Positions 9,101-16,656 of a DNA stretch of 64,000 nt are shown one piece after another (within the stretch, counting starts at the first letter, position 1; every line of letters starts with the position of its first letter). Origin of the DNA: Longimicrobiales bacterium (GTDB lineage Bacteria; Gemmatimonadota; Gemmatimonadetes; Longimicrobiales; Gaopeijiaceae); assembly GCA_965202805.1 (NCBI GenBank), contig OZ241869.1:1472001-1536000 (forward strand), read 5' to 3'. A program made the position numbers and the translations under genes. The notes beneath the pieces are model-generated. The model ran no database searches, was not told the DNA's origin, and worked only from the letters and a program-made list of their open reading frames with translations.

Positions 9101-12100
9101 ACCCTCGCCATCGGCACCGCTTCCGTCGGTCACGTCGAAGAGGTCGTGGGGGGCCTGCAGCAACGTCGCGCGTGACCCCGCGTGAATCGTAGACCAGCCG
9201 GCGCCGGCTTCGACTGCATCCCCTTCGCCATGGCAGACGAGCGCAAGACCGCCGGCGACCAGGAGCCGGTGAACGAGCGTCCACTGCGCGGGCCCGAAAG
9301 CGCAGGCTTCCGCGTGCAGGAGCACGAGTTCGGCGGCGGCGGGCCGCAACAGTCCCGAATCCATCTCGGGTTCGCGGGCCCCGGCGGAGCACGCATCGAG
9401 CGAGTCGAACCGAATCGCGGCGTCCTGGTGGTTGAAGGCGTCGTAGAGCGCGCGGGTGTGCTCCTCGTCCGCGCCGAGGAGCCAGTACTCGGTCTGGGCG
9501 TCCTGGCTCGACAGGCGTGACAGACACCGGTTCAGAATCGCCTCGGCGGGCTCGCGCCGCCCTGCGATCTCGATCACATGGCAGGCGTACCGGTGGCCGA
9601 AGGCGCCTTCCTCGAGCGCCACGATCAAGTCGGCGGGATCGACCTCTCCGCCTCGGAGCGCGTCCTCGAGCGGAGGACGTGCCGGCAGGAACCCGGGCTG
9701 CCAGCGGATGAGGTGCTTGCTGTCCGGGACATCGCTCCAGCGGGGGTTGCTGTTGAAGGAGTGGTATTCCCCGATGTGGGCGATCAATTGCCCGGTGGCT
9801 TGATCGTAGAAGCTGAGGCGGCCGATGTAGAGTTCGCCGAGCGGCTTGTTGTACTGGCCGCGCTCATCCACGTCGAACCAGTCGCCGGTGTCGACCAGGA
9901 AGCAGCTGATGCGCGGCCCCGTCGGCGGGCGCAGGAAGGTGATGTCGCACGCGCGCTGCGGCATGGAAAAGAAATCCGGCAGGCGCATCAGGTAACGCAG
10001 GAAGATCTGCAGCCCGCCGTCCGTCAACGGGGGGTACATGACATAGCCCTCTTCCCGGCCGGACGCCCACAACTCCTCGTCGACCTCGATCTCCAGCAAC
10101 AGATCGGTCGAAGCCGAGTCCATTTCGATCTGCCGGACGCTTCGGAAATGCGGTCCGAACTCGAAGGCGTCCCCCACGACTGCTTCGATCTGGTCGTAGA
10201 AGTCCTCCCCCGTCGCGAGCGGTGAAGGATCGAAGTCGGACGCAAGGACATCCTGCAGCGTCGGCAGCGTGTCGACGGCGTGGTCTTCATCTACCCGGCG
10301 AACCCTCCCGCGGCAGTGCAGCGTACCTTCGTCGTCGTTCTCGAAGGAGCGGGTGGAGATGGTGAAGGTGAACTGGTCCGGGGCGTCGGGGACCGGAAAA
10401 AGGGCCGTCTGCAGTCTCACCGGCGTCCGGCCGACGGGCGTGTGCTGCAGGAATTCCATCTCTTCGATGTGCACCGGACTGCCGGCGAAGGCCTGCAGAA
10501 TCAACTCGATGTAGCCGGCGGCCGGGATGATCGGCGCCCGGTGCACCCGGTGGTCGGTCAGCCACGGAAAATCCCGCTCGGAGAGCCGCGCCTCGAAGAG
10601 CATGTGGTCGCAGGCGACCCTGTGGCCTACGAGCGGGCCGTGGGAGTACTCGCCGCGGTGGACGAACATCTCGTCGTCAACCAGGTCGTCGTGAGTCGTC
10701 GTCTGTTCCTGAGGATGCCCGGGGAGAAGGTGGGGGACGGGTCTGGGACGCGGATACTGGGACGCGAAATCGAGCGCGACGCCTGCCTTGTAGAGCGCCC
10801 CGAGCGCCTTCTGGAAGCCCATGCAGACATCCTCGTCCTTCATCAGCGTCGGGATGCAGGCCGGGGCCGAGGCCGAGGCGCTCCCTTCCAGGCACTGCCG
10901 GATGAGCGGTTGCAGGGCGCCGTGAGGTGCGACTTCCAGAACCACGTCGGGACGGTGGTCCCGGCGAACCGTCTCCATGGCGGCAGCGAAGCGGACCGGC
11001 TCGCGGATGTTGGACCACCAGTATGCGGCGTCCAGGCATCCCGTCGCCCCGCCGGTGACCGAGGACACGAAGGGGACGTCGAAGTCGAACGCGCACTCGT
11101 CCAGGAAGGCAAGGGACGCCATGACATCGTCGTGGAGGGGGTCCATCGCCGGCGAATGGAAGGCGATGTTGCCGGGGATCAGGCGATTCTGCAGGCCGCG
11201 GCGGTCGAGTTCGGCCATGACGGGCTCGAGGGCAGGCTCCTTTCCGCAGATGACGGTGTTGGCGGGCGAGTTCTCGCAGGCGATTTGAACCCGGGCGGGT
11301 CGATGGTTGCCGGAACGGAACGAGACGCTGAGCTCCTTCAGAAGGTCCTCCACCCCCGGTCGGTCGAGTCCGATCGCCAGCATCCGGCCCGAGCCGGCCA
11401 CGCGCTGCTGCAGGGTGGCGCGGTGGTAGACCAGATGCGTGGCTTCGGCAAGGGAAAGCGCCCCGCTGGCGTAGGCGGCGGCCACCTCGCCCGAGCTGTG
11501 CCCGACGACACAGTCCGGCTGGATGCCCCAGGTCGACAACAGCTCCACGAGGGCGCATTGGAGCATGAAGATCGCGGGCTGGGCCAACCGGACTTCGTTC
11601 AATTCCTCCTGGCTTGCGAAGAAACAGGCATCGCGCAGGGAGCTGGCGGAGTGCTTCCGCCACTCTTCCTCGATGGCGTCGACCACCCGGCGAAAGACAG
11701 GGTCGGCGTGGTAGAGCGCGCGCCCGCATCCCGCCCACTGGGTGCCCTGCCCCGAGAAGACCATGGCAACCCGGCGGTCGCCTTCTTCCACGGTGGTGAC
11801 CGGAGGTGGGTCCTCCACAAAGGCGTCCAACGCCTCGGCAAGCTCGTCGCGGTTGCGAACGGCGAACGCGGTACGCGCGGCAAACCGGCTCCGGCGTCGT
11901 CCTAGATTGCCTGCCAGGGTGTAGAGATCGATTTCCGACTCGTCGAGGAGTTCGCGCATGCTGCGCGCGCTCTCCACCAGGGCGTTGGCCGTACGCGCGG
12001 ACAGGGGGATCATGTAGCCCGCGTCGGCAGCCAGGGGCGCCGACCACACGGCGGGCCGCATCCGCCGGTATTCCCTGACCACACAGTGTCCGTTGGCGCC

Positions 12101-13390
12101 GCCGAACCCGAAGGAATTGATCCCGACCACGACCGGACGGTCCGGGAATGGCTCGCACGCCGTCTGCACCTGCATCGGGCAGCTGTCGAAATCGATCTCC
12201 AGATTCGGCGCCAGGAAGTTCCGCGAAATAGGCGCAAAGGTGCGTCGCTGCATCATCAGGACCACCTTCAGCAGCGCGCAGCTGAACGCCGCGGCTTCAA
12301 GGTGCCCCACGTTGCTCTTCACGCTGGCGACACGCAGCGGAACCTCGCGTTCAACCCCGCCGAAGGCCTCGGCGATGGCGTTCCCCTCGATGCGGTCGCC
12401 CACCACGGTGCCGGTGGCGTGCGCTTCGATATAGTCGAAGTCCTCGGGACCCAACCCGGCGCGCTCACAGGCCGTGCGCATCAACTCGACCTGCGAATGG
12501 CGGGTCGGCGCGGTGATGTAGCGCCCCTGGGCCAGACCGACCGCATCGTCCGCGGTCCCTGCGGTGTTGACCGCCGTGGCCGCGACTACCGCAAAGACGT
12601 GGTCGCCGTCCCGTTCCGCCGCTTCCAATGGCTTGACCGCGAAGATGAACGCTCCTTCGGCGCGAATGTAGCCGTTGGCGTCGGCATCGAAGGAGTGACA
12701 CCTGCCGTCGGGACTGATGACGCCGAGCGCGTTGAACGAGGCACTGCAGCGGGCCGACCCCAGGTAGGTCGCGGCTCCCACCAGAGCCTGGTCGCAATCT
12801 CCCTGCCGAATCGCGTTCATCGCGGTGTGCAACGCGGTCAGGGACGCCGAGCAGGCCGTGGAACACGCCACGGAAGGTCCCATGAGGTTGAGGTGGTAGG
12901 AGATGCGGTTCGCGAGCATCGAAGCGTCGATGCTCAGAATGGAGAACTCGTTGGTGCCGTACAGCGCGCGCCAGTTGGCCGTTGACGCCACCTGGGCACC
13001 GATGAAGACACCCGTGGAGCTGTTGCGCAGTCCCCTCAGATCCCATCCGGCATGCTCGCAACTCTCCCAGGCGCAACCAAGCAACATCCGGATCTGAGGA
13101 TCCATGTAGGCCATTTCATTGCGCGACACTCCGAAGAGGCTGCGATCCATCCGCTGCTCCCCCTGGTCGCGTATCAGACCCTCGTACGCGCTCCCGAAAC
13201 GGCCCGGGCCCGAGAATCCGCCGATCGGCTGGTAGCCCCTGCCATAACGGTCGGCGACCGGCTCCCGCACGATCTCGCGCCTGACGAGGAGATCCCAGAA
13301 ATCGTCGTCCGTGCGGATGCCCCCCGGCATCCGATAGGCGTATCCGACGATGGCGACGGGTTCCTTCGAGCTGTCCCTGCCTGAGTTCAT
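6185..13390 (-). CDS. swfA: Mono-modular reducing type I PKS/FAS, KS-AT-DH-(pseudo-MT)-ER-KR-ACP (SwfA-like)
   Basis: KS: TACSAS, EAHATGT, KSNVGHLE. AT: GHSSG, IAFHS. DH: HRVHRAPIIP. ER: LIHSAMGGVG. KR: GGLGGFG, NYSGA. ACP: FGLTSIS. Start MNSGRDS at 13390. Confidence 0.95.
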   Translation of the reverse strand: MNSGRDSSKEPVAIVGYAYRMPGGIRTDDDFWDLLVRREIVREPVADRYGRGYQPIGGFSGPGRFGSAYEGLIRDQGEQRMDRSLFGVSRNEMAYMDPQIRMLLGCAWESCEHAGWDLRGLRNSSTGVFIGAQVASTANWRALYGTNEFSILSIDASMLANRISYHLNLMGPSVACSTACSASLTALHTAMNAIRQGDCDQALVGAATYLGSARCSASFNALGVISPDGRCHSFDADANGYIRAEGAFIFAVKPLEAAERDGDHVFAVVAATAVNTAGTADDAVGLAQGRYITAPTRHSQVELMRTACERAGLGPEDFDYIEAHATGTVVGDRIEGNAIAEAFGGVEREVPLRVASVKSNVGHLEAAAFSCALLKVVLMMQRRTFAPISRNFLAPNLEIDFDSCPMQVQTACEPFPDRPVVVGINSFGFGGANGHCVVREYRRMRPAVWSAPLAADAGYMIPLSARTANALVESARSMRELLDESEIDLYTLAGNLGRRRSRFAARTAFAVRNRDELAEALDAFVEDPPPVTTVEEGDRRVAMVFSGQGTQWAGCGRALYHADPVFRRVVDAIEEEWRKHSASSLRDACFFASQEELNEVRLAQPAIFMLQCALVELLSTWGIQPDCVVGHSSGEVAAAYASGALSLAEATHLVYHRATLQQRVAGSGRMLAIGLDRPGVEDLLKELSVSFRSGNHRPARVQIACENSPANTVICGKEPALEPVMAELDRRGLQNRLIPGNIAFHSPAMDPLHDDVMASLAFLDECAFDFDVPFVSSVTGGATGCLDAAYWWSNIREPVRFAAAMETVRRDHRPDVVLEVAPHGALQPLIRQCLEGSASASAPACIPTLMKDEDVCMGFQKALGALYKAGVALDFASQYPRPRPVPHLLPGHPQEQTTTHDDLVDDEMFVHRGEYSHGPLVGHRVACDHMLFEARLSERDFPWLTDHRVHRAPIIPAAGYIELILQAFAGSPVHIEEMEFLQHTPVGRTPVRLQTALFPVPDAPDQFTFTISTRSFENDDEGTLHCRGRVRRVDEDHAVDTLPTLQDVLASDFDPSPLATGEDFYDQIEAVVGDAFEFGPHFRSVRQIEMDSASTDLLLEIEVDEELWASGREEGYVMYPPLTDGGLQIFLRYLMRLPDFFSMPQRACDITFLRPPTGPRISCFLVDTGDWFDVDERGQYNKPLGELYIGRLSFYDQATGQLIAHIGEYHSFNSNPRWSDVPDSKHLIRWQPGFLPARPPLEDALRGGEVDPADLIVALEEGAFGHRYACHVIEIAGRREPAEAILNRCLSRLSSQDAQTEYWLLGADEEHTRALYDAFNHQDAAIRFDSLDACSAGAREPEMDSGLLRPAAAELVLLHAEACAFGPAQWTLVHRLLVAGGLALVCHGEGDAVEAGAGWSTIHAGSRATLLQAPHDLFDVTDGSGADGEGEAADAPEATVAAATPGSRWVIGEPGSLAASWLDLLDSPAVHRVPWSTIEATDSSWLDESPGAADPEAIDFFVGTDPTDPTGERAVWEFVAFLQALAPLRLERATRDCRLTVVTRGAVCGVDNPRGSALWGAVRSIALELLAEDTRIDFRLVDVGSEDDLEVLARLTRCDLRERELAIREGRTWVPRIVSVRQRAPLVPDGDEPPYRLRLDNPGQVSGLRMTTYELPPLEPSDVEVEVGAAALNFRDVMVTLGLLPAIAYERSALGREVGIEASGVVRRAGSGVKRLKVGDEVALTVGGCIANRVVVNEHLAFPKPAGLSMEEAASALSVYVTAYYSLIHLARLRKGQRVLIHSAMGGVGQAAIALARHVGAEVFATAGNESKRARLLEMGVRGAFDSHSHQWYDDLMEATGGEGVDVVLNSLAGHHIALCLESLRPSGWHCEIGKVDIYTDNSLSMRVFRKNLRFAAIDVDRLMLDDPVLSHVLSQACIDLMDEGAVAPPALTAFPYRDYAKALRLMTTGQHQGKLVLQAPTDPADRGFGIADTRPFLDPDATYLVTGGLGGFGLRFVPYLIAAGARHLTLMDRDPARRRDVEWIRQITTLSKMAHDYEIDIVPGDVRNAADVHRCIAGLERPLKGVFHLAGTLEDRSFLDTSPDSLARVFAPKASGALNLHHATIDRDLDYFVLFSSIASTFGNLGQINYSGASSFLDGLAAWRRKRGLPGFSYNLGPVTEVGMAARSLHVMRMMRAAGMTTVSANFAIANLDYALRTMADHDHLVTALFANPPWTVHSPDYMCNGRLLTNQAAFEVDAGGDLTLEGVVAQISAKVAELCGHDEGDVSEPLSSFGLTSISVAELGAFVQTQFNHQVSALELMTTASALSLAQAIVHGTDSDTEDEVAGEGEERAGVDEEFRQRVRRRRSPFANAPEDHFPSGGHSPTGGDGMAGSGVPSTSGRGASRTADGAGVTPARSH

Positions 13391-13502
13391 TGTGGCTCCC
13401 GCCTCCCGCGATGCCTCGCGCGTCTCGCTGGCTCCGCAGCTTGACCCCTTCGGGCTCGCCCGTCGTTGACGTCCACAAACATCGATGTCAAAATCGCTGG
13501 AA

Positions 13503-13530
13503 TGTCGCAAAACTACAAGATAATGTCGCA
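13503..13530 (-). promoter_or_regulatory. Direct-repeat site with 21-bp period in the divergent swfA/SDR promoter region
   Basis: Perfect TGTCGCA at 13503 and 13524 in an AT-richer intergenic region. Confidence 0.72.
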
Positions 13531-13617
13531 GATCCGGTGCACAACCGACAGGCGACCGGGCTCATCGACAGCAACCGATTCCTGCCCCTCGTCAGGCCTG
13601 GTCCGTATGTTGCGAGT

Positions 13618-14724
13618 ATGTCTACCCAGGTAACGGCCGGGCCTCCCGGCCCGGTTCTCGTGACGGGCGGGAACGGCTACATCGCGTCCTGGCTGGTCAG
13701 GCGACTGCTCGAACGCGGTTTCGACGTCCACGCGACGGTGCGCGACACCGGTGATCCCACCAGGACCGACCACCTGACCGCGGTCGCGAGGGGTCATCCC
13801 GCAACGCTGACCCTGTTTGACGCGGACCTCCTGGAGGCCGGCGGGTTCGATCGCGCGATGGCGGGGTGCCATATCGTCTTCCACACGGCTTCGCCGCTGA
13901 TCGTGCGGGACGTGGTGGATGCCGAGGGCGACCTTGTGCAGCCGGCTGTCCGCGGCACCCGCCACGTCCTGGAAGCCGCGAACCGGACTCCCTCCGTGCG
14001 GCGCGTGGTGCTTACCTCAAGTATCGTGGCCGTCTACGGCGACGCCGCGGATCTCGAGGGAATCGAGGCGGACCGATTCGACGAGAGCCATTGGAACTCG
14101 ACCAGCAATGCGCACCACCAGCCGTATTCCTACTCCAAGACCCTGGCGGAGCGGCTGGCGTGGGAGATGGCGGACGGACAGCACCGGTGGGATCTGGTCG
14201 CCGTGAACCCCGGCCTCGTTCTCGGACCGGGCCTTGGCCGGCACACGAGCGCCGAGGGTGTCCTGATCATGCGCGATCTCGGGAACGGCTATTATCGTTT
14301 CGGCGCCCCCGAGCTCGAATTCGCCATCGTGGATGTCCGCGATGTCGCGGAGGGTCACCTGCGCGCCGGGTTGATCCCGGAGGCCCGAGGCCGGCACATT
14401 CTGGTCGGTGAGACGCTGGGCCTGATCGAAGTCGCTTCGATTCTGCGGAATCACTTCGGCGACGGCTATCCGTTTCCGCGTCAAACCGTGTCGAAGGTGG
14501 TTGCCCTCATGCTCGCGCCCCGGCGGCGAATCCCGCAGGCCGTGGCGCGGCGCAACATCGGCTATCCACTCAGGTTCGACAACCGATACGCGAGAGACGC
14601 TCTCGGAATCACCTTCCGCCCCGCGGCGGAGTCGATTGTCGACCACTTCCGGCAACTACTGGACGACGGCCTGGTTTCGCGCGCAAGGCGAGACTCCCGA
14701 GACGCGCGGCGCCGTTTGCGTTAG
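13618..14724 (+). CDS. Extended SDR, NAD-dependent epimerase/dihydroflavonol-reductase-like
   Basis: VLVTGGNGYIA, FHTASP, LTSS, YSYSK (YxxxK), VDVRDVA. Confidence 0.9.
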   Translation: MSTQVTAGPPGPVLVTGGNGYIASWLVRRLLERGFDVHATVRDTGDPTRTDHLTAVARGHPATLTLFDADLLEAGGFDRAMAGCHIVFHTASPLIVRDVVDAEGDLVQPAVRGTRHVLEAANRTPSVRRVVLTSSIVAVYGDAADLEGIEADRFDESHWNSTSNAHHQPYSYSKTLAERLAWEMADGQHRWDLVAVNPGLVLGPGLGRHTSAEGVLIMRDLGNGYYRFGAPELEFAIVDVRDVAEGHLRAGLIPEARGRHILVGETLGLIEVASILRNHFGDGYPFPRQTVSKVVALMLAPRRRIPQAVARRNIGYPLRFDNRYARDALGITFRPAAESIVDHFRQLLDDGLVSRARRDSRDARRRLR

Positions 14725-14997
14725 TTAACCGTCCTCCACGACGCGCTTCGCGGTTTCGTCGGCCAACTCGAACATGCCGGCCAGAATCTGCTTGCGCTTC
14801 AACCTCAGTTCCTCGACTCGTGCCCAGAGAGCCTGGCGGATCGCCGTAGTCGCGGCCTCGCGCACCTCGGGGGCCAGAGTGGTGTCGTTCCGGAACTCAT
14901 ATTTCTCGACCGCGAAATCCGCGATGTCCAGAATGTTATCTCCCACGATGTTCAAGTCGACGGAACGCTTGATGGTAATCGTCTTCTCTTCGCTCAT
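14725..14997 (-). CDS. Hypothetical 90-aa protein (copy 2)
   Basis: MSEEKTITIKRSVDLNIVGDNILDIADF...; paralogue of 952-1224; GGAGA RBS. Confidence 0.85.
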   Translation of the reverse strand: MSEEKTITIKRSVDLNIVGDNILDIADFAVEKYEFRNDTTLAPEVREAATTAIRQALWARVEELRLKRKQILAGMFELADETAKRVVEDG

Positions 14998-15053
14998 TGC
15001 TTGGTTCTCCCTGGAACGTGAAGTAAATCCATCGGGTTGGTTCAGACGCGCTT

Positions 15054-15395
15054 TCAGGACCCGCCGATGGCCTCGATGGCAGCGGCCCCCGAGACGTGCA
15101 CGTCGATCAACTGGTCGAATCCGCTGATGGCAACGACCTCCCGATTCAATTCGGTGAGCGAGCAGAGGGCGAACCTCCCGCGCGTGAACCTCCTGGCCAG
15201 GATCAGGCACACCCGGAGGCCCGCACTACTTATGAATTCGACACGCTCCATGTCCAGAATGAGGGCATCGTCCCCGGCCCCCAGCCCGCCTTCCACAAGT
15301 CCCTGAAAGTCACTCGCGCTCGCGTTGTCTATTCGCCCCAGCACCGAAGCGATCGCGATGCCTCCCTCGCGTCGCCACTTCACGTCAATTCTCAT
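15054..15395 (-). CDS. STAS-domain protein / anti-sigma-factor antagonist (copy 2)
   Basis: Nearly identical to 1283-1618 except the C-terminus. Confidence 0.92.
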   Translation of the reverse strand: MRIDVKWRREGGIAIASVLGRIDNASASDFQGLVEGGLGAGDDALILDMERVEFISSAGLRVCLILARRFTRGRFALCSLTELNREVVAISGFDQLIDVHVSGAAAIEAIGGS

Positions 15396-15465
15396 CCTGT
15401 CCCTCCGTTTGGGATTCTGGGATTAAGGGGAAACCCGTCACTCGCTATGACCTCACCTGACACGC

Positions 15466-15493
15466 CGTCGCATGTTGCATACGAAATGTCGCA
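15466..15493 (-). promoter_or_regulatory. Direct-repeat site with 21-bp period upstream of STAS copy 2
   Basis: CGTCGCA at 15466, TGTCGCA at 15487. Confidence 0.68.
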
Positions 15494-15582
15494 AACCCGC
15501 GAAAGATGGCGCTCCGAGCGCAACGGGACAACCGCGAACTCACGCGCTCGCCCCGCTGACTCCCGCTGGCAGGGGTTATGCC

Positions 15583-16296
15583 TCAGGCTCCCCGCGTCGG
15601 CACGTCGCGGAACGGCAGCGACGGCGAACCGAAGGTGATCTCCTGCACCGCCTTCACGCTGCGGCCGCCGTACCGGAAGGGGATCACGAGACGGAACGGG
15701 GCGCCGTTCACGGGAGGGAGCGGCTCGTCGTTGAGCATCCACACGAGCATCGTCTGGGGATGACGCATGGTGGGGACTTCCTCGTCCGTGTAGTAGCCGT
15801 CGTGGGAGATGACGCGGCAGTAGTGCGCCGTGGGCGCCAGGCCGATCATGTCCAGGACGTCGTTGAAGCGGACGCCGGTCCACTTGACGATGCCTGTGGG
15901 CCGGGGCGCTCCGCACTGGAGCAGGGTCACCATGGAGTGCCGGGGGAGGTCCGCCAGGTCCTCGTAGCGCAGGGTGCCATGCAGGCGGGTGAGCCTGCTT
16001 GCGGCGATGCGGATGCTCGCGGTGCGGTAGTCGAGGTCGGTGTCGGGAGCCTCGCCCCCGGTGTATCGGTAGATGACGCCATCGATGGGCCCCGCGGAGC
16101 CCGGGGGATGCTCGGGCGCCGAGCCGTCGGCGTTCAGCGGCAGATCGGCGCGCGTCCGGATCTCGCCCTCCACCAGCCGATCCGGGAACTCCTGGGCTTC
16201 CTGCGCCAGCACCCGGTCCGGCTTCACCACCCCCATGGAAAGGCCGGCCACAGCCGTCCCCGATACCTTGATCGCGTCGCGTCGTGTGAGCTTCAT
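15583..16296 (-). CDS. Tat-exported molybdopterin-dependent oxidoreductase (sulfite oxidase/MsrP-like catalytic domain)
   Basis: TRRDAIK twin-arginine signal; LQC (Mo-ligand Cys), WTGVRF, LNDEPLPPVNGAPFRLVIPFRYG, VK. Confidence 0.85.
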   Translation of the reverse strand: MKLTRRDAIKVSGTAVAGLSMGVVKPDRVLAQEAQEFPDRLVEGEIRTRADLPLNADGSAPEHPPGSAGPIDGVIYRYTGGEAPDTDLDYRTASIRIAASRLTRLHGTLRYEDLADLPRHSMVTLLQCGAPRPTGIVKWTGVRFNDVLDMIGLAPTAHYCRVISHDGYYTDEEVPTMRHPQTMLVWMLNDEPLPPVNGAPFRLVIPFRYGGRSVKAVQEITFGSPSLPFRDVPTRGA

Positions 16297-16512
16297 GGCG
16301 TGCCTCCCGGGCGTGGTGTTATGAGCCTGTCAACGGGGGTCAAGGTAGGATGAGGGGAGGGGGACGGCAAACGCGACGGCGGGTGGGATCGGGCTGCACT
16401 TCTGACCGGGAATCAGTGCGCAGTCTCTCGGTCCGGGTGGGACATCGTCAGGAGGCCGTACGCCTCCGCGGAGGGTGGCGGGTCCCCAGAGGTTGGACGA
16501 GCTGGCTCGTGT

Positions 16513-16542
16513 TACCATATGCCATATACCATATGAAGCAGC
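16513..16542. repeat. Left island-boundary repeat, (CCATATR)x3
   Basis: TACCATATGCCATAT at 16513-16527 is identical to 31454-31468. Confidence 0.75.
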
Positions 16543-16656
16543 TGGCGTTCGGCGGTACACCGGGGCCAACGCGCTCACGTCATGGCAAGCGCGGGCCGAA
16601 GTAAGGCACCGGACGCCTGGAAGGATCAGGAGCTGTCTGGTCGAAGCTGTCTCCGA

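Noticed and set aside
16513..16542. Boundary motif as a Xer dif site or integron attC
   Set aside because: Does not match the dif XerC/XerD arms or attC RYYYAAC/GTTRRRY ends; no tyrosine recombinase in the window.
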